Shown here: positions 1 to 7,882 of the stretch, one piece after another | How positions within the stretch are numbered: position 1 is the stretch's first letter | Layout of the letters: the number at the start of each line of letters is the position of its first letter | DNA from: a virus | Lineage: Duplodnaviria > Caudoviricetes | Length of the DNA: 62,379 nt | Virus record (IMG/VR): IMGVR_UViG_3300011415_000001 | Span: 1 to 62,379 of that record | Direction: 5' to 3' (one strand) | Made by a program: the position numbers and the translations under genes | Notes under the pieces: model-generated | Told to the model about the DNA's origin: nothing | The model's database searches: none | The model's input: only the letters and a program-made list of their open reading frames with translations

Positions 1-123
1 CTCCACATCCGCGCGCCACATCCACGCCATTTTCGTTGTGCGGTCGCGGTACGTCGCAACCGCGTAGGCCCCTATTAGGTTGGCGATCGTGCGATCGCCG
101 CTAGGCTCATGCGGCGTGTGAAC
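1..123. repeat. Terminal direct repeat, left copy (circular-assembly overlap)
   Basis: 1-123 (ctccacatcc...gtgtgaac) is identical to 62257-62379 and lies inside the recT reading frame, so it is most likely assembly overlap rather than a packaging repeat. Confidence 0.95.
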
Positions 124-576
124 GATGCGCTCTTCGGAGCCGCGAATTAGCTCGCAGCCGTCCCACTTCCACACCACATCGGCCGTAATCTTGGCCACCT
201 GCCCGGATCGCAGCGCGAGCTTGATTACGCCGCGGTAGCCGATCTGTGCCTGGGCCTTCTTCGTCTTGTGCCAGTTGCCTTTTGCGTCCTTCGTTGACTC
301 GGCGTATGGCACCAGATACGCCTCGCCGAGAGCGCCATCGAGCGCGAGATCCCAGCCAGCCACGTCCTTGATTGCAAGAACGACCGATAGAGGATCACAC
401 TCCACAAGCGCCGGGGTTTTGATGTAGGTCTGGAAGGCCGTGGCGATGAAGCGTACGAGCTTTTTCTCGTCTTCGCGGCTCGTCTCCAGGCCGAGCAGCG
501 AGCGCAGCATCGATTTGTTTTTTTCGTCGCGCAACAGGGAGCCCACGGTGGTCGTGGTTTGAACGGCGGTCGTCAT
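1..576 (-). CDS. recT: RecT-family single-strand annealing protein, N-terminal part (continues across the junction to 61810)
   Basis: Manual translation from ATG 576: MTTAVQTTT...LVECDPLSVV...LGEAYLVPY...AQAQIGYRGVIKLALRSG; reads in frame into the 61810-62286 ORF (SPWITDPGAMAITKVV); adjacent to an exonuclease gene. Confidence 0.9.
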   Translation of the reverse strand, partial: MTTAVQTTTTVGSLLRDEKNKSMLRSLLGLETSREDEKKLVRFIATAFQTYIKTPALVECDPLSVVLAIKDVAGWDLALDGALGEAYLVPYAESTKDAKGNWHKTKKAQAQIGYRGVIKLALRSGQVAKITADVVWKWDGCELIRGSEERIVHTPHEPSGDRTIANLIGAYAVATYRDRTTKMAWMWRADVE

Positions 577-578
577 GG

Positions 579-1385
579 TCATTCGTCTCCAGGCCCGGTG
601 TTCATGGAGATCGACACGCGCGCGCGAGCACCGAACACGCAGCGGTCGTAGTAGCCACAGAACTTCGTCGAGCACCACCACGAGCCAGGCATTGCCGGCA
701 TGAAGTTTCCAGACGCGAGCGCTAGCTCGAACCGTCGTATCCGCTCCATGAGTGGCGCGTAGGTCGTCACCGGGCCGGCAGACATCATGGCGCTCTTGGG
801 CGTCTTGTTTTTCAGCAATACGTCCAGCGCGATCCCCGCCGGCTTCGCGCCGTCCGCAGATTCCGCCAACAGTGAGTAGAGCTGTAGCTGAATGGATCCG
901 GCGAGCTCGTCGCTGGTTGGCGATTTCTTCGCCGTCTTGCAGTCATGGATCACACGATCGTGTGTCTGCAAGTCCAGTGTGCCCTCGATCTCGTGCTCGA
1001 GACCCGGAATCGCGACACGGAGTTTTCGCTCTACATGCAGGGGCTCCAGCTTCGGCGTTACCTCGCGGCTGTGAAGCCTGGCGAGCGATACGGCTTGATC
1101 CTTCCCTGTCCCTGCGTTCTCGCCATCGTCGTAGATGACCCGCTCTTCCTCGGCCAGGCGCCGATCGAAGTCCGTCGCCGCCGCGTCAACTACGTCGCCC
1201 TCTGGCAGCGGTGCGCCAGTGTCGCGCTTGCGTACGAGGTCCAGCTCGCGCGCAGCGTGAACGCTACTCCCCACGAGCAGGGCAATGCCTGGAGGAGCTC
1301 TCTCGCCCTCCACGTAGCGCCAGCGCACCTGTTCCATGCACTTTGCGCCCATCGTGAGCATCGAGGCGTGAATTGCGGTGTTCAT
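579..1385 (-). CDS. PD-(D/E)XK exonuclease (RecB/Cas4-like, PDDEXK_1), RecT partner
   Basis: Start MNTAIHAS at 1385 overlapping the HNH stop; GTLDL...IHDCKT core, QLQLY motif, N-terminal Cys plus C-terminal CSTKFCGYYDRC (Fe-S staple). Confidence 0.85.
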   Translation of the reverse strand: MNTAIHASMLTMGAKCMEQVRWRYVEGERAPPGIALLVGSSVHAARELDLVRKRDTGAPLPEGDVVDAAATDFDRRLAEEERVIYDDGENAGTGKDQAVSLARLHSREVTPKLEPLHVERKLRVAIPGLEHEIEGTLDLQTHDRVIHDCKTAKKSPTSDELAGSIQLQLYSLLAESADGAKPAGIALDVLLKNKTPKSAMMSAGPVTTYAPLMERIRRFELALASGNFMPAMPGSWWCSTKFCGYYDRCVFGARARVSISMNTGPGDE

Positions 1386-1801
1386 GACGCGAGCGCCTCC
1401 TTTCGCGCGGCACGCTGACGGCGCCGCATGCTGCTGTACGCCGCGCGGCACGGCTCGCACCGGCACTTGCCCGCCATGTAGCGGGTCGGCGTGCCGTGCT
1501 TCAGCATGCGCTCGCGGCTCTCGCGGCCGGTCTTCGCGTGGTGACACGCGCGGCAAAGGACTTGGCACTTCTCAAGCTCCGCGTCTCGGCGCTCCTGCGA
1601 CCAAGACCAGACGCAATGATGAACCTTCGTCGCCGGATCGATGTGATCGACTTCGAGGCGCTCCGAAGAGCCGCACTTCACGCACTGGGGATGCTCATCG
1701 AGCCACGCCTTGCGGCGCTTGGCCATCCACTTACGCTGGAACTCGCGCAGGTACGCGCGGCGCTCCTCTTTCCTGTCGGGGCGTTCGGTTGTGGTCTTCA
1801 T
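1382..1801 (-). CDS. HNH endonuclease
   Basis: CVKC...LEVDHIDP...CQVLCRACHHAKT, followed by HGT...CRCEPCR. Confidence 0.85.
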   Translation of the reverse strand: MKTTTERPDRKEERRAYLREFQRKWMAKRRKAWLDEHPQCVKCGSSERLEVDHIDPATKVHHCVWSWSQERRDAELEKCQVLCRACHHAKTGRESRERMLKHGTPTRYMAGKCRCEPCRAAYSSMRRRQRAARKEALAS

Positions 1802-1808
1802 GCCCTGA

Positions 1809-1838
1809 ATCCTAGACCGCTCACCGTTGCAACGTCAA
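1809..1838 (-). promoter_or_regulatory. Leftward sigma70-like promoter, probably leaderless
   Basis: TTGACG (1838-1833), N18, TAGGAT (1814-1809), 7 nt, then ATG of HNH; perfect palindrome CGTTGCAACG at 1825-1834 overlaps the -35. Confidence 0.65.
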
Positions 1839-1864
1839 GCGCCCACATCCGAAACCGCTCCCGC

Positions 1865-1893
1865 TTGACAAGTCGAGCACACGGCCCCACGAT
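1865..1893 (+). promoter_or_regulatory. Rightward sigma70-like promoter, probably leaderless
   Basis: TTGACA (1865-1870), N17, CACGAT (1888-1893), ATG at 1902 with no Shine-Dalgarno. Confidence 0.7.
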
Positions 1894-1901
1894 GCCGGGC
1901 A

Positions 1902-2114
1902 ATGGGAAAGCAAGCAAGGAAGAAACTCAAGGCCGCCGTGGAGCTCGGGCGGCGGGGGGGGCTCAAGGGCGGTCCGGCTAGGGCGAAAGCTCTCTCTGCC
2001 GAGCAGCGGAGCTCCATGGCCCGTGAGGCATCGAGAGCGCGCTGGCGTAAGGTCCGCAAGGAAGCCAAGTTACGCGAATCGGAAAAGAATGCGTGCGTGA
2101 CCGGACAGGAATAG
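1902..2114 (+). CDS. Small basic putative DNA-binding regulator (GRRGGLKGG-ARA motif)
   Basis: AAVELGRRGGLKGGPARAKALSAEQRSSMAREASRARW; first gene after the divergent promoters. Confidence 0.7.
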   Translation: MGKQARKKLKAAVELGRRGGLKGGPARAKALSAEQRSSMAREASRARWRKVRKEAKLRESEKNACVTGQE

Positions 2115-2129
2115 CCGTAAGTTGTGGGC

Positions 2130-2315
2130 ATGGAAAACACCTCTTCCTCCCCTCGCCCCCGCGAGGACGCCTACGCCCGTTCGATCGGCGCTGACCTCGA
2201 CGATGGCCGCTACGTGATCGGCTTCGGCCTGATCGCTCTGGCTGGCCTGTTCTCCCTTCTCGCCATCGCGGCGCTTGCGAGAGCGGTTGTCGCGGCGATC
2301 GGAGGTGCGGCGTGA
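2130..2315 (+). CDS. Small membrane protein
   Basis: Hydrophobic YVIGFGLIALAGLFSLLAIAAL; GTGA coupling to the next gene. Confidence 0.6.
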   Translation: MENTSSSPRPREDAYARSIGADLDDGRYVIGFGLIALAGLFSLLAIAALARAVVAAIGGAA

Positions 2316-2683
2316 GCGAGCACACTCCTGGTCCGTGGCGCTGGTCGCAGATCACCGACGAGATCCCGTACAACCTGCGCGTCGAATCGGCCGACGGCGT
2401 GCGCATCGCCGAGGTCGAGTTGCAGCCCGACGAGAAGCCGCACTCCACTCAGGGGCCGGCCAACGCCGCGCTGATCGCCGCCGCGCCCGATCTGCTCGCG
2501 GCGCTGGCTCGCATGGTCGCAATGCACGAGAAGCGCGAAGACGACGAGCTCTACGTCGGGATCATCGAAGGCTACGAAGGCGAGGAGCTCCGCACGTCTG
2601 CGCAGTATCTCGAGGACGTGGTCTACGGTCCGGCCCGCGACGCTCTCGCCCGCGCTCGCGGAGAGGCGGTGCCCCGTGGCTAA
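2312..2683 (+). CDS. Phage hypothetical protein (HTPGPW...ANAALIAAAPDLL family)
   Basis: Common phage motif pair; coupled start and stop. Confidence 0.75.
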   Translation: MSEHTPGPWRWSQITDEIPYNLRVESADGVRIAEVELQPDEKPHSTQGPANAALIAAAPDLLAALARMVAMHEKREDDELYVGIIEGYEGEELRTSAQYLEDVVYGPARDALARARGEAVPRG

Positions 2684-2990
2684 TCCCTCTCCTGTCACCG
2701 ACAAGCTCGCCGTCCTGCGCGAAATCGAGCAATGGCTTGATGGCATTCGCACCGAGACCGACCGCGCGCGCTTCGAGCGTCGGTGGAACACGTTGCAGGA
2801 CGAGGCTGCGTGGCATCGCTACCAGCTATCCCTCGTGCTCGAGGAGATCCGGCCGCTGATCGAGGCGGCGAAGGAGCCGGAGGCGGAAATCGAGCACGAG
2901 ACCGGATGCTCGTGGCACTACTCCCCGCCGGAAGACAAGCGCTGCACTTGCGGTGTGCGCGAGCGCGTGGAGGCGGGCCGTGCCGACTGA
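2676..2990 (+). CDS. Hypothetical protein with HxxxC...CxC motif
   Basis: ORF track; overlaps neighbours. Confidence 0.6.
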   Translation: MANPSPVTDKLAVLREIEQWLDGIRTETDRARFERRWNTLQDEAAWHRYQLSLVLEEIRPLIEAAKEPEAEIEHETGCSWHYSPPEDKRCTCGVRERVEAGRAD

Positions 2991-3171
2991 CGAAGCCATC
3001 CTCCGCCGCATCGAGGTCCTCGCGTGCGAGGCCGCCGTTGCCTCCCTCGCGGATCCGACCGAGACGAAGCGGGCTATCAAGTTCGCGATGTGCACGCTCG
3101 CCGCGGAGCTGACCGCGGAGGCGAAGCTCGAGGTATCCAGGCTGTCGATGATCGCGAGGGCGCACGAATGA
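2980..3171 (+). CDS. Hypothetical protein
   Basis: GTG 2980 after GGAGG; ATGA coupling downstream. Confidence 0.55.
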   Translation: MPTDEAILRRIEVLACEAAVASLADPTETKRAIKFAMCTLAAELTAEAKLEVSRLSMIARAHE

Positions 3172-3407
3172 GCGCGGGCGAAGACACCGATCCCGTCATC
3201 GTTCCTCCGGACGTCAAAAAGGCGATCGAGTTGGTCCGCTCCTCTGGGCTGACCAACATGCTCGATCGTGCGACCGTCGCGATTCTTGCCGAAGGCTTCG
3301 GCTTCAACGACGCGGCCTACTGGATCCGCGCGAATCGTGATGCCTACGGGCGCGGGTTCGTCAACGGCTATGTGGCCGCGCCCGCATCGAAGCAAGGGGG
3401 CGCCTGA
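3168..3407 (+). CDS. DUF5049-like protein
   Basis: IELVRSSGLTNMLD...AEGFGF...Y pattern; start MSAGED at 3168. Confidence 0.6.
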   Translation: MSAGEDTDPVIVPPDVKKAIELVRSSGLTNMLDRATVAILAEGFGFNDAAYWIRANRDAYGRGFVNGYVAAPASKQGGA

Positions 3408-3697
3408 TGCCGCGCGCCACGAACTGCCCCGACTGCCGCGGCCCGCTCGAGGGTGCTGGCTACTGCAACGCGTGCGGTCAAGCCGACTTCGGCACCTGCG
3501 ATCGGTGCCACGAGTCCGCCTCGATCAGCGATATCAAGGGGCTGAACACCTGCGAGCGCTGCGAGCGCGAGGTCTGCGAGGCGTGCGTGAGCGATGATCG
3601 AGCGCTTTGCCGCGTCTGCGTGCGGCTGCGCGGGTGCGGGCGCGAGTGCGAACCGATGCGGCGCGAGGTGCTGAGGCTGGAGGATGTGAGGCGATGA
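3407..3697 (+). CDS. Cys-rich multi-zinc-finger protein
   Basis: Seven CxxC-like pairs. Confidence 0.65.
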   Translation: MPRATNCPDCRGPLEGAGYCNACGQADFGTCDRCHESASISDIKGLNTCERCEREVCEACVSDDRALCRVCVRLRGCGRECEPMRREVLRLEDVRR

Positions 3698-3915
3698 GCG
3701 CGCTGGACGTGAAGGAGATTCGGCGTCAGGCCGAGATCGTTGTGCGGCTGAACTACAACATTCCCGGCCCGGTCGGCCGCACAGCCGTGGTTTGCCTCGC
3801 CCTTCTCGACGCGATCGAGGAGCAGGTGCCCGATGGCGTGCTGTATCCGAGTGAGTCGAAGCGAATCCTAGACCGCGCCTCCGAACTTCTCGAACAGCGC
3901 GGAGCGAAGCCGTGA
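3694..3915 (+). CDS. Hypothetical protein
   Basis: MSALDVKEIRR; ATGA and GTGA coupling. Confidence 0.6.
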   Translation: MSALDVKEIRRQAEIVVRLNYNIPGPVGRTAVVCLALLDAIEEQVPDGVLYPSESKRILDRASELLEQRGAKP

Positions 3916-4006
3916 AGTCCGACGTCGCCATGATCTGCGAGCACTGCGGCTCGGAGGACGTCGTGCGGCGCTCGGCGTACCTCCGAAGCGCGCGCGAGGC
4001 CGGCGC

Positions 4007-4231
4007 ATGAAGGCCATTCGCATGACTCCGGCCGAAGCCGTCGCCGCGATCCGCGTTGTGAAGACTCGGCGCGAGGCGATCCCGGTCTACCAGGCGCGCA
4101 TGGAGACCTGGAGCTCCGTCGGCGAGGACTGGCGCGCGCTGAACGGCGCGATCATCGATCGATGGTCCGTCTCGGCGCTCATCTGGATCAAGGCGCAGGC
4201 GTGGAAGAAGTACGAGGGGCCGAAGCCGTGA
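4007..4231 (+). CDS. Hypothetical protein
   Basis: Coupled ORF (IIDRWSVSALIWIK). Confidence 0.6.
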   Translation: MKAIRMTPAEAVAAIRVVKTRREAIPVYQARMETWSSVGEDWRALNGAIIDRWSVSALIWIKAQAWKKYEGPKP

Positions 4232-4854
4232 GGCCCGATCTCGAAGGCGTCACCTGCCATCCGCTCTCGTGGCCCCAGCTCTGGCCACGTGCGAAGCGGC
4301 GCGAGCGCTCGCGGTTCGGGCAGCGCAGCATGGACAAGTCGTCTCGCGCCGTCCTCGCCGAGCTTGGCCGGATGGGCGTGCCGGACTTCCAGGTCATCAT
4401 CTCGACGAACGTGGAGCTCCGGCGGGACGGCCTGCCGTACTCGAACCAGAAGACGCCGAGCGACCCAGGGGCGGCGGTCTACTTCAAGCTCAAGGGCGAG
4501 CCGAAGGTCCTCGCCTGCGATCGCTGGGACCTCCCAGAGCACAACCTCTGGGCGATCGCGAAGCACATCGAAGCGCTGCGCGGTCAGGATCGCTGGGGCG
4601 TCGGCACGCTCGCGCAGGCGTTCCAGGGGTACACGGCACTCCCCGCCGTCGGCGACGCGAACCAGCCGCCCTGGTGGAAGCGCCTCGGCCTCTCCGGTCC
4701 GACACATGACGAGGAAACGATCCGGCGGGCCTACCGCGATCGCGCACTCACCGCGCACCCCGACAAGGGCGGGACCCAAGAGGGTTTCGCCGCGCTATCG
4801 AGCGCCCACGAGGAAGGGCTCGCGTACGCGCGGAATGGAGTTGCCCGTGGCTAA
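4228..4854 (+). CDS. Phage J-domain protein
   Basis: WPQLWPR...ISTNVELRRDGLPY...DPGAAVYF...ACDRW...RWGVG, then a C-terminal J domain with HPDKGG. Confidence 0.85.
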   Translation: MRPDLEGVTCHPLSWPQLWPRAKRRERSRFGQRSMDKSSRAVLAELGRMGVPDFQVIISTNVELRRDGLPYSNQKTPSDPGAAVYFKLKGEPKVLACDRWDLPEHNLWAIAKHIEALRGQDRWGVGTLAQAFQGYTALPAVGDANQPPWWKRLGLSGPTHDEETIRRAYRDRALTAHPDKGGTQEGFAALSSAHEEGLAYARNGVARG

Positions 4855-5056
4855 CCGCCTCGACTTCGAGATCCCGCCCGACGCGGAGGAGTCTCGGTGC
4901 CGCTCGTGCGGGGCGCCGATCGTGTGGATCGTGACGACGGCCGGCAGACGCATGCCGCTCGATCTAGCGTCGGTCGAGGAGCGCGAGGGAAAGAGGTATG
5001 CCGAGAGCCATTTCGTCGCCTGCCCGCAGAGGCGGGAGTGGAGGAGGTCGAAGTGA
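4847..5056 (+). CDS. Zinc-finger protein (CxxC...HxxxC)
   Basis: CRSCGAPIVW...MPLD...SHFVACP. Confidence 0.7.
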   Translation: MANRLDFEIPPDAEESRCRSCGAPIVWIVTTAGRRMPLDLASVEEREGKRYAESHFVACPQRREWRRSK

Positions 5057-5316
5057 AGGCCCGTCAGCTCCCGCGTCCCAATCGGCTCCGCCCCGAGCCC
5101 GTCCCGAGCAACGCGAAGCCGGCCAAGTGTCGGCGATGCGGGGCCGCGATTGTCTACGTGCACGGCCGACGCGGGATCCATCACGTTCTCGATCTGCGCA
5201 CGGCGGAGTGGAAGGCTCCGGACGGCGCGCCGCGATGGGCGACGCATGTCCGATTTGCCGAGCCGCACATCCCGCTCTGCGGCGTCGAGGTCGAGAGGAG
5301 GCGCTATGTCGACTGA
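5053..5316 (+). CDS. Zinc-finger protein, paralog of the previous gene
   Basis: CRRCGAAIVY...VLD...PHIPLC. Confidence 0.65.
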   Translation: MKARQLPRPNRLRPEPVPSNAKPAKCRRCGAAIVYVHGRRGIHHVLDLRTAEWKAPDGAPRWATHVRFAEPHIPLCGVEVERRRYVD

Positions 5317-6322
5317 GGCCCCTCTTCCCCCCGCCGCGCTGACGCCGGAGAGGATCGCGGAGATTCGGGCAGATGCGATGGAGAACCCGTCGCGGATTAC
5401 CGGCAAAGAAATTGTCGCGCTCTGCGACGCCCTCACCGCCAGCCGCCGCGAGCGGGAGGAGGCGCGACGGTTCGGCGAGATGGCGGCAGCGAAGTACAAC
5501 GAGCTGCTGGAGCGCGGGAAGGAACTGCGCTGCGCGTTCTGCGACGAGCTGTACCCGCCCGGCACGCCGCCGACGCAGCACGAGGCGCTGACTGCGCACG
5601 TCCGAATCTGCCAGAAGCATCCGATGCGGGATGTGGAGCGCGATGCTCGCCGATGCCGTGCGGAGTGCGACAACATGGAGACGGCATGGAGATATGTGAA
5701 CGTGCTGCTCGAAGAAGCTGTATCGAAACGCGACGCCGCCCGCGCCGATCTCGCCCAGGCCCTCGCTGCCAGCGCGCTCTACAAGGACTCGCGTGACAAG
5801 GCCCGCGCGGCACTAGTCGATCTCATGCACGCCATTCTCGGATGCGACGGTTATCCGTGCCGCGTCGAAAGCGATCCCGTCAGATACGCGCCGGAGGCGC
5901 TGGAACACGTCAAAGCCGAGCAGCGCAATCGCAACCTCAATCTGGATGAACTGGAAGAGGCCCGCGCGGCGCTCGCTGAGGCCAACGAATCAGCCGCACG
6001 CCGCACTCCCGAGATCGTTGCTGAGCGAGACGGGGCGCTGGCGCGGCTGAATAGCCGGCTCATCGAGGCGCAGTACGAGTACCTCGCCATGCCGGATGGC
6101 TCAACCGGGCGACGGACATGGAAGGAAGCGTGCATCGCAGCGCGCGAAGGTCGCGATGAGGCGCAAGCGGCGCTCGCTTCGGCCCGGGGCGCGGCGATTG
6201 AGGAGTGCTTCCTGGTCGCGCGTCGTCAGCGCGTCTTCATGCAAGACAAGGCGTGGCGAAAGTGTGTAGACAGCATCTGCCACGAGATCCGCGAGCTCGC
6301 GGCAAGGGCGGCGCGGCCGTGA
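5306..6322 (+). CDS. Coiled-coil protein with a CxxC...HxxxC finger
   Basis: Start MSTEAP after GAGGAGG; CAFC...HVRIC; heptad-rich. Confidence 0.7.
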   Translation: MSTEAPLPPAALTPERIAEIRADAMENPSRITGKEIVALCDALTASRREREEARRFGEMAAAKYNELLERGKELRCAFCDELYPPGTPPTQHEALTAHVRICQKHPMRDVERDARRCRAECDNMETAWRYVNVLLEEAVSKRDAARADLAQALAASALYKDSRDKARAALVDLMHAILGCDGYPCRVESDPVRYAPEALEHVKAEQRNRNLNLDELEEARAALAEANESAARRTPEIVAERDGALARLNSRLIEAQYEYLAMPDGSTGRRTWKEACIAAREGRDEAQAALASARGAAIEECFLVARRQRVFMQDKAWRKCVDSICHEIRELAARAARP

Positions 6323-6531
6323 ACGCTGACTGCCCGATCTGTAAGCAACCGAACGAGATCACGTCTGGCGTGGAAGGACCGTTCCCGTGGTGACTGGGGT
6401 ACTACTGCGCCCGGTGCGGGTACGGATGGGCCTCGAACACGAATACGGAGCTAGGAGAAGGAGCGGATCTGTGGTTGGAGATGATCGGAGAGACACGCGA
6501 GAGCCTACTGGCAAAACTGGAGCCCCAATGA
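6319..6531 (+). pseudogene. Zinc-ribbon gene interrupted by an in-frame TGA (6391-6393); pseudogene or readthrough
   Basis: CPIC...PFPW*LGYYCARC...; the full-length frame is coupled at both ends (GTGA 6319, ATGA 6528). Confidence 0.6.
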
Positions 6532-6674
6532 CCGCCCCGCCCTGCGATCAATGCGGCGATCTGCCCGCAATGTACGTGTGCCGGAGTTGTGAGGCCGCTA
6601 CCTGCGAGAACTGCCAGGTTGGTAACGGCGCGCGGTGCTTCGCCTGCGAGGGGAACGACGATGACGACGAGTAA
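6528..6674 (+). CDS. Small B-box-like Cys-rich protein
   Basis: CDQC..CRSC..CENC..CFAC. Confidence 0.6.
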   Translation: MTAPPCDQCGDLPAMYVCRSCEAATCENCQVGNGARCFACEGNDDDDE

Positions 6675-6737
6675 CACCCCGCCCGCGCCGCTGCCGTGCC
6701 CGAACATCGATGCCGCGCTCGCGCCGAAAGGCCAGCT

Positions 6738-6953
6738 ATGAGCGAGTCCCTAGGCGATGCGTATCCGAAGGAACAGGCGCGACTTCGTGAGTGCCTCGGC
6801 CGCTACCAAGAGTTGCGCAGCATGCCTGGCGTAAACGTCTCCTTCGCCCTCGCGGCAATCGAGGACGTACTGCGCCGCGCGGACGAAGCTGCAATCAGTG
6901 GCGACCTGCCGGCGATGATCCGGCTCTACCAGGAGATGCAGGGCTGTGAGTGA
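6738..6953 (+). CDS. Phage hypothetical protein
   Basis: MSESLGDAYPKEQARLRE...GDLPAMIRLYQEM. Confidence 0.7.
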   Translation: MSESLGDAYPKEQARLRECLGRYQELRSMPGVNVSFALAAIEDVLRRADEAAISGDLPAMIRLYQEMQGCE

Positions 6954-7230
6954 TCCCATGACCGCCGATCGCGCTGCGCCGTTGCCGTGCCCGTTCTGTG
7001 GCGGCCCTTCCGAACCCCGCGACGATGGGCACGTAGGTTGCGCGAGCCGGCGTTGTCACTTCGCATTCGTGTCGCTCAAGCCGGCAATCTGGAACACCCG
7101 CCCCGCCGAGACGAAGCTGCGCGAGCGCGTGGCGAAGTTGGAGAAGGAACTGGAATCAACACGTCGCGCGGAGAGCGCGGCAAGGGCGCGACAGCAAGAG
7201 CGCGCAGGGAGCTGGGACGATGACGACTAG
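6946..7230 (+). CDS. Lar-like (restriction alleviation) zinc-binding protein
   Basis: LPCPFCGG...C...C...WNTR pattern. Confidence 0.6.
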   Translation: MSDPMTADRAAPLPCPFCGGPSEPRDDGHVGCASRRCHFAFVSLKPAIWNTRPAETKLRERVAKLEKELESTRRAESAARARQQERAGSWDDDD

Positions 7231-7543
7231 CCCTCCGCTGTCGGAGCGGGCGAGAGCATGGCTCTTCTCGTCGGCAACTCCAGATCCAGAAAGTGCGCCC
7301 ATGCTCATCTCCGAGCTGCTTGCGCGCGTCGAGGGGTTGGAGCGGCTCATCCGCGAGCACCGCGACGCGCAGAATCAGGAGCGGTGCTTCGAGATCGACC
7401 GACTCCTCTACGCCGATGCCCTCCCGGGCGAGCCGCTTCCGGATCCGCCGGCCGATGCTTCCAACCCGGAGAAGTGGCACGCTGGCTGCGAGGTCTACAG
7501 GCTGTCGCAACTGCCAAAAAGAGGTGCGGAGGTTGGTCCATGA
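7220..7543 (+). CDS. Hypothetical protein
   Basis: IREHRD...RC..D..LY..LP...GC pattern; coupled ORF. Confidence 0.6.
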   Translation: MTTSPPLSERARAWLFSSATPDPESAPMLISELLARVEGLERLIREHRDAQNQERCFEIDRLLYADALPGEPLPDPPADASNPEKWHAGCEVYRLSQLPKRGAEVGP

Positions 7544-7815
7544 CGAGAGCCGAATGCGATTGGTGCGGCTACTACACCGACCTGCAGGAGTACCCCGGAA
7601 GATTTCCCAAGCCAACCGAGCCCGTTAGCTTGTGCTCGTTCTGCGCCAACACGATAGCCGCCGAGGACGCTGGGCGCGGCGCGGAGGCGTACTTCACGAC
7701 CCGGCTCGCTCGCCACTGCTGCGCGCTCGCGAATGCGATCGTGGACGCACTCGGAGGCGACCGCTCGAAGATGTTCCCGGACGAACCGCCGCCGCCTGAG
7801 GAGCCCGCCCCGTGA
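7540..7815 (+). CDS. Zinc-binding hypothetical protein
   Basis: CDWC...CSFC. Confidence 0.6.
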   Translation: MTRAECDWCGYYTDLQEYPGRFPKPTEPVSLCSFCANTIAAEDAGRGAEAYFTTRLARHCCALANAIVDALGGDRSKMFPDEPPPPEEPAP

Positions 7816-7882
7816 CCCTGTCCGCCCAGCAGCGCCGCTCTATCGTCGCGTGGGCTCGCGAGCAGGGGCTCGGAGGATGCGC

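Noticed and set aside
1-123. Physical terminal repeat of the virion DNA
   Set aside because: It lies mid-recT, far from the terminase genes; better explained as assembler overlap of a circular contig
579-1385. CRISPR-associated Cas4 or a CRISPR array
   Set aside because: No repeat-spacer array or other cas genes; the position beside recT indicates a recombination exonuclease
6391-6393. Genome-wide UGA reassignment
   Set aside because: TGA is clearly used as the stop in many coupled ATGA/GTGA gene junctions
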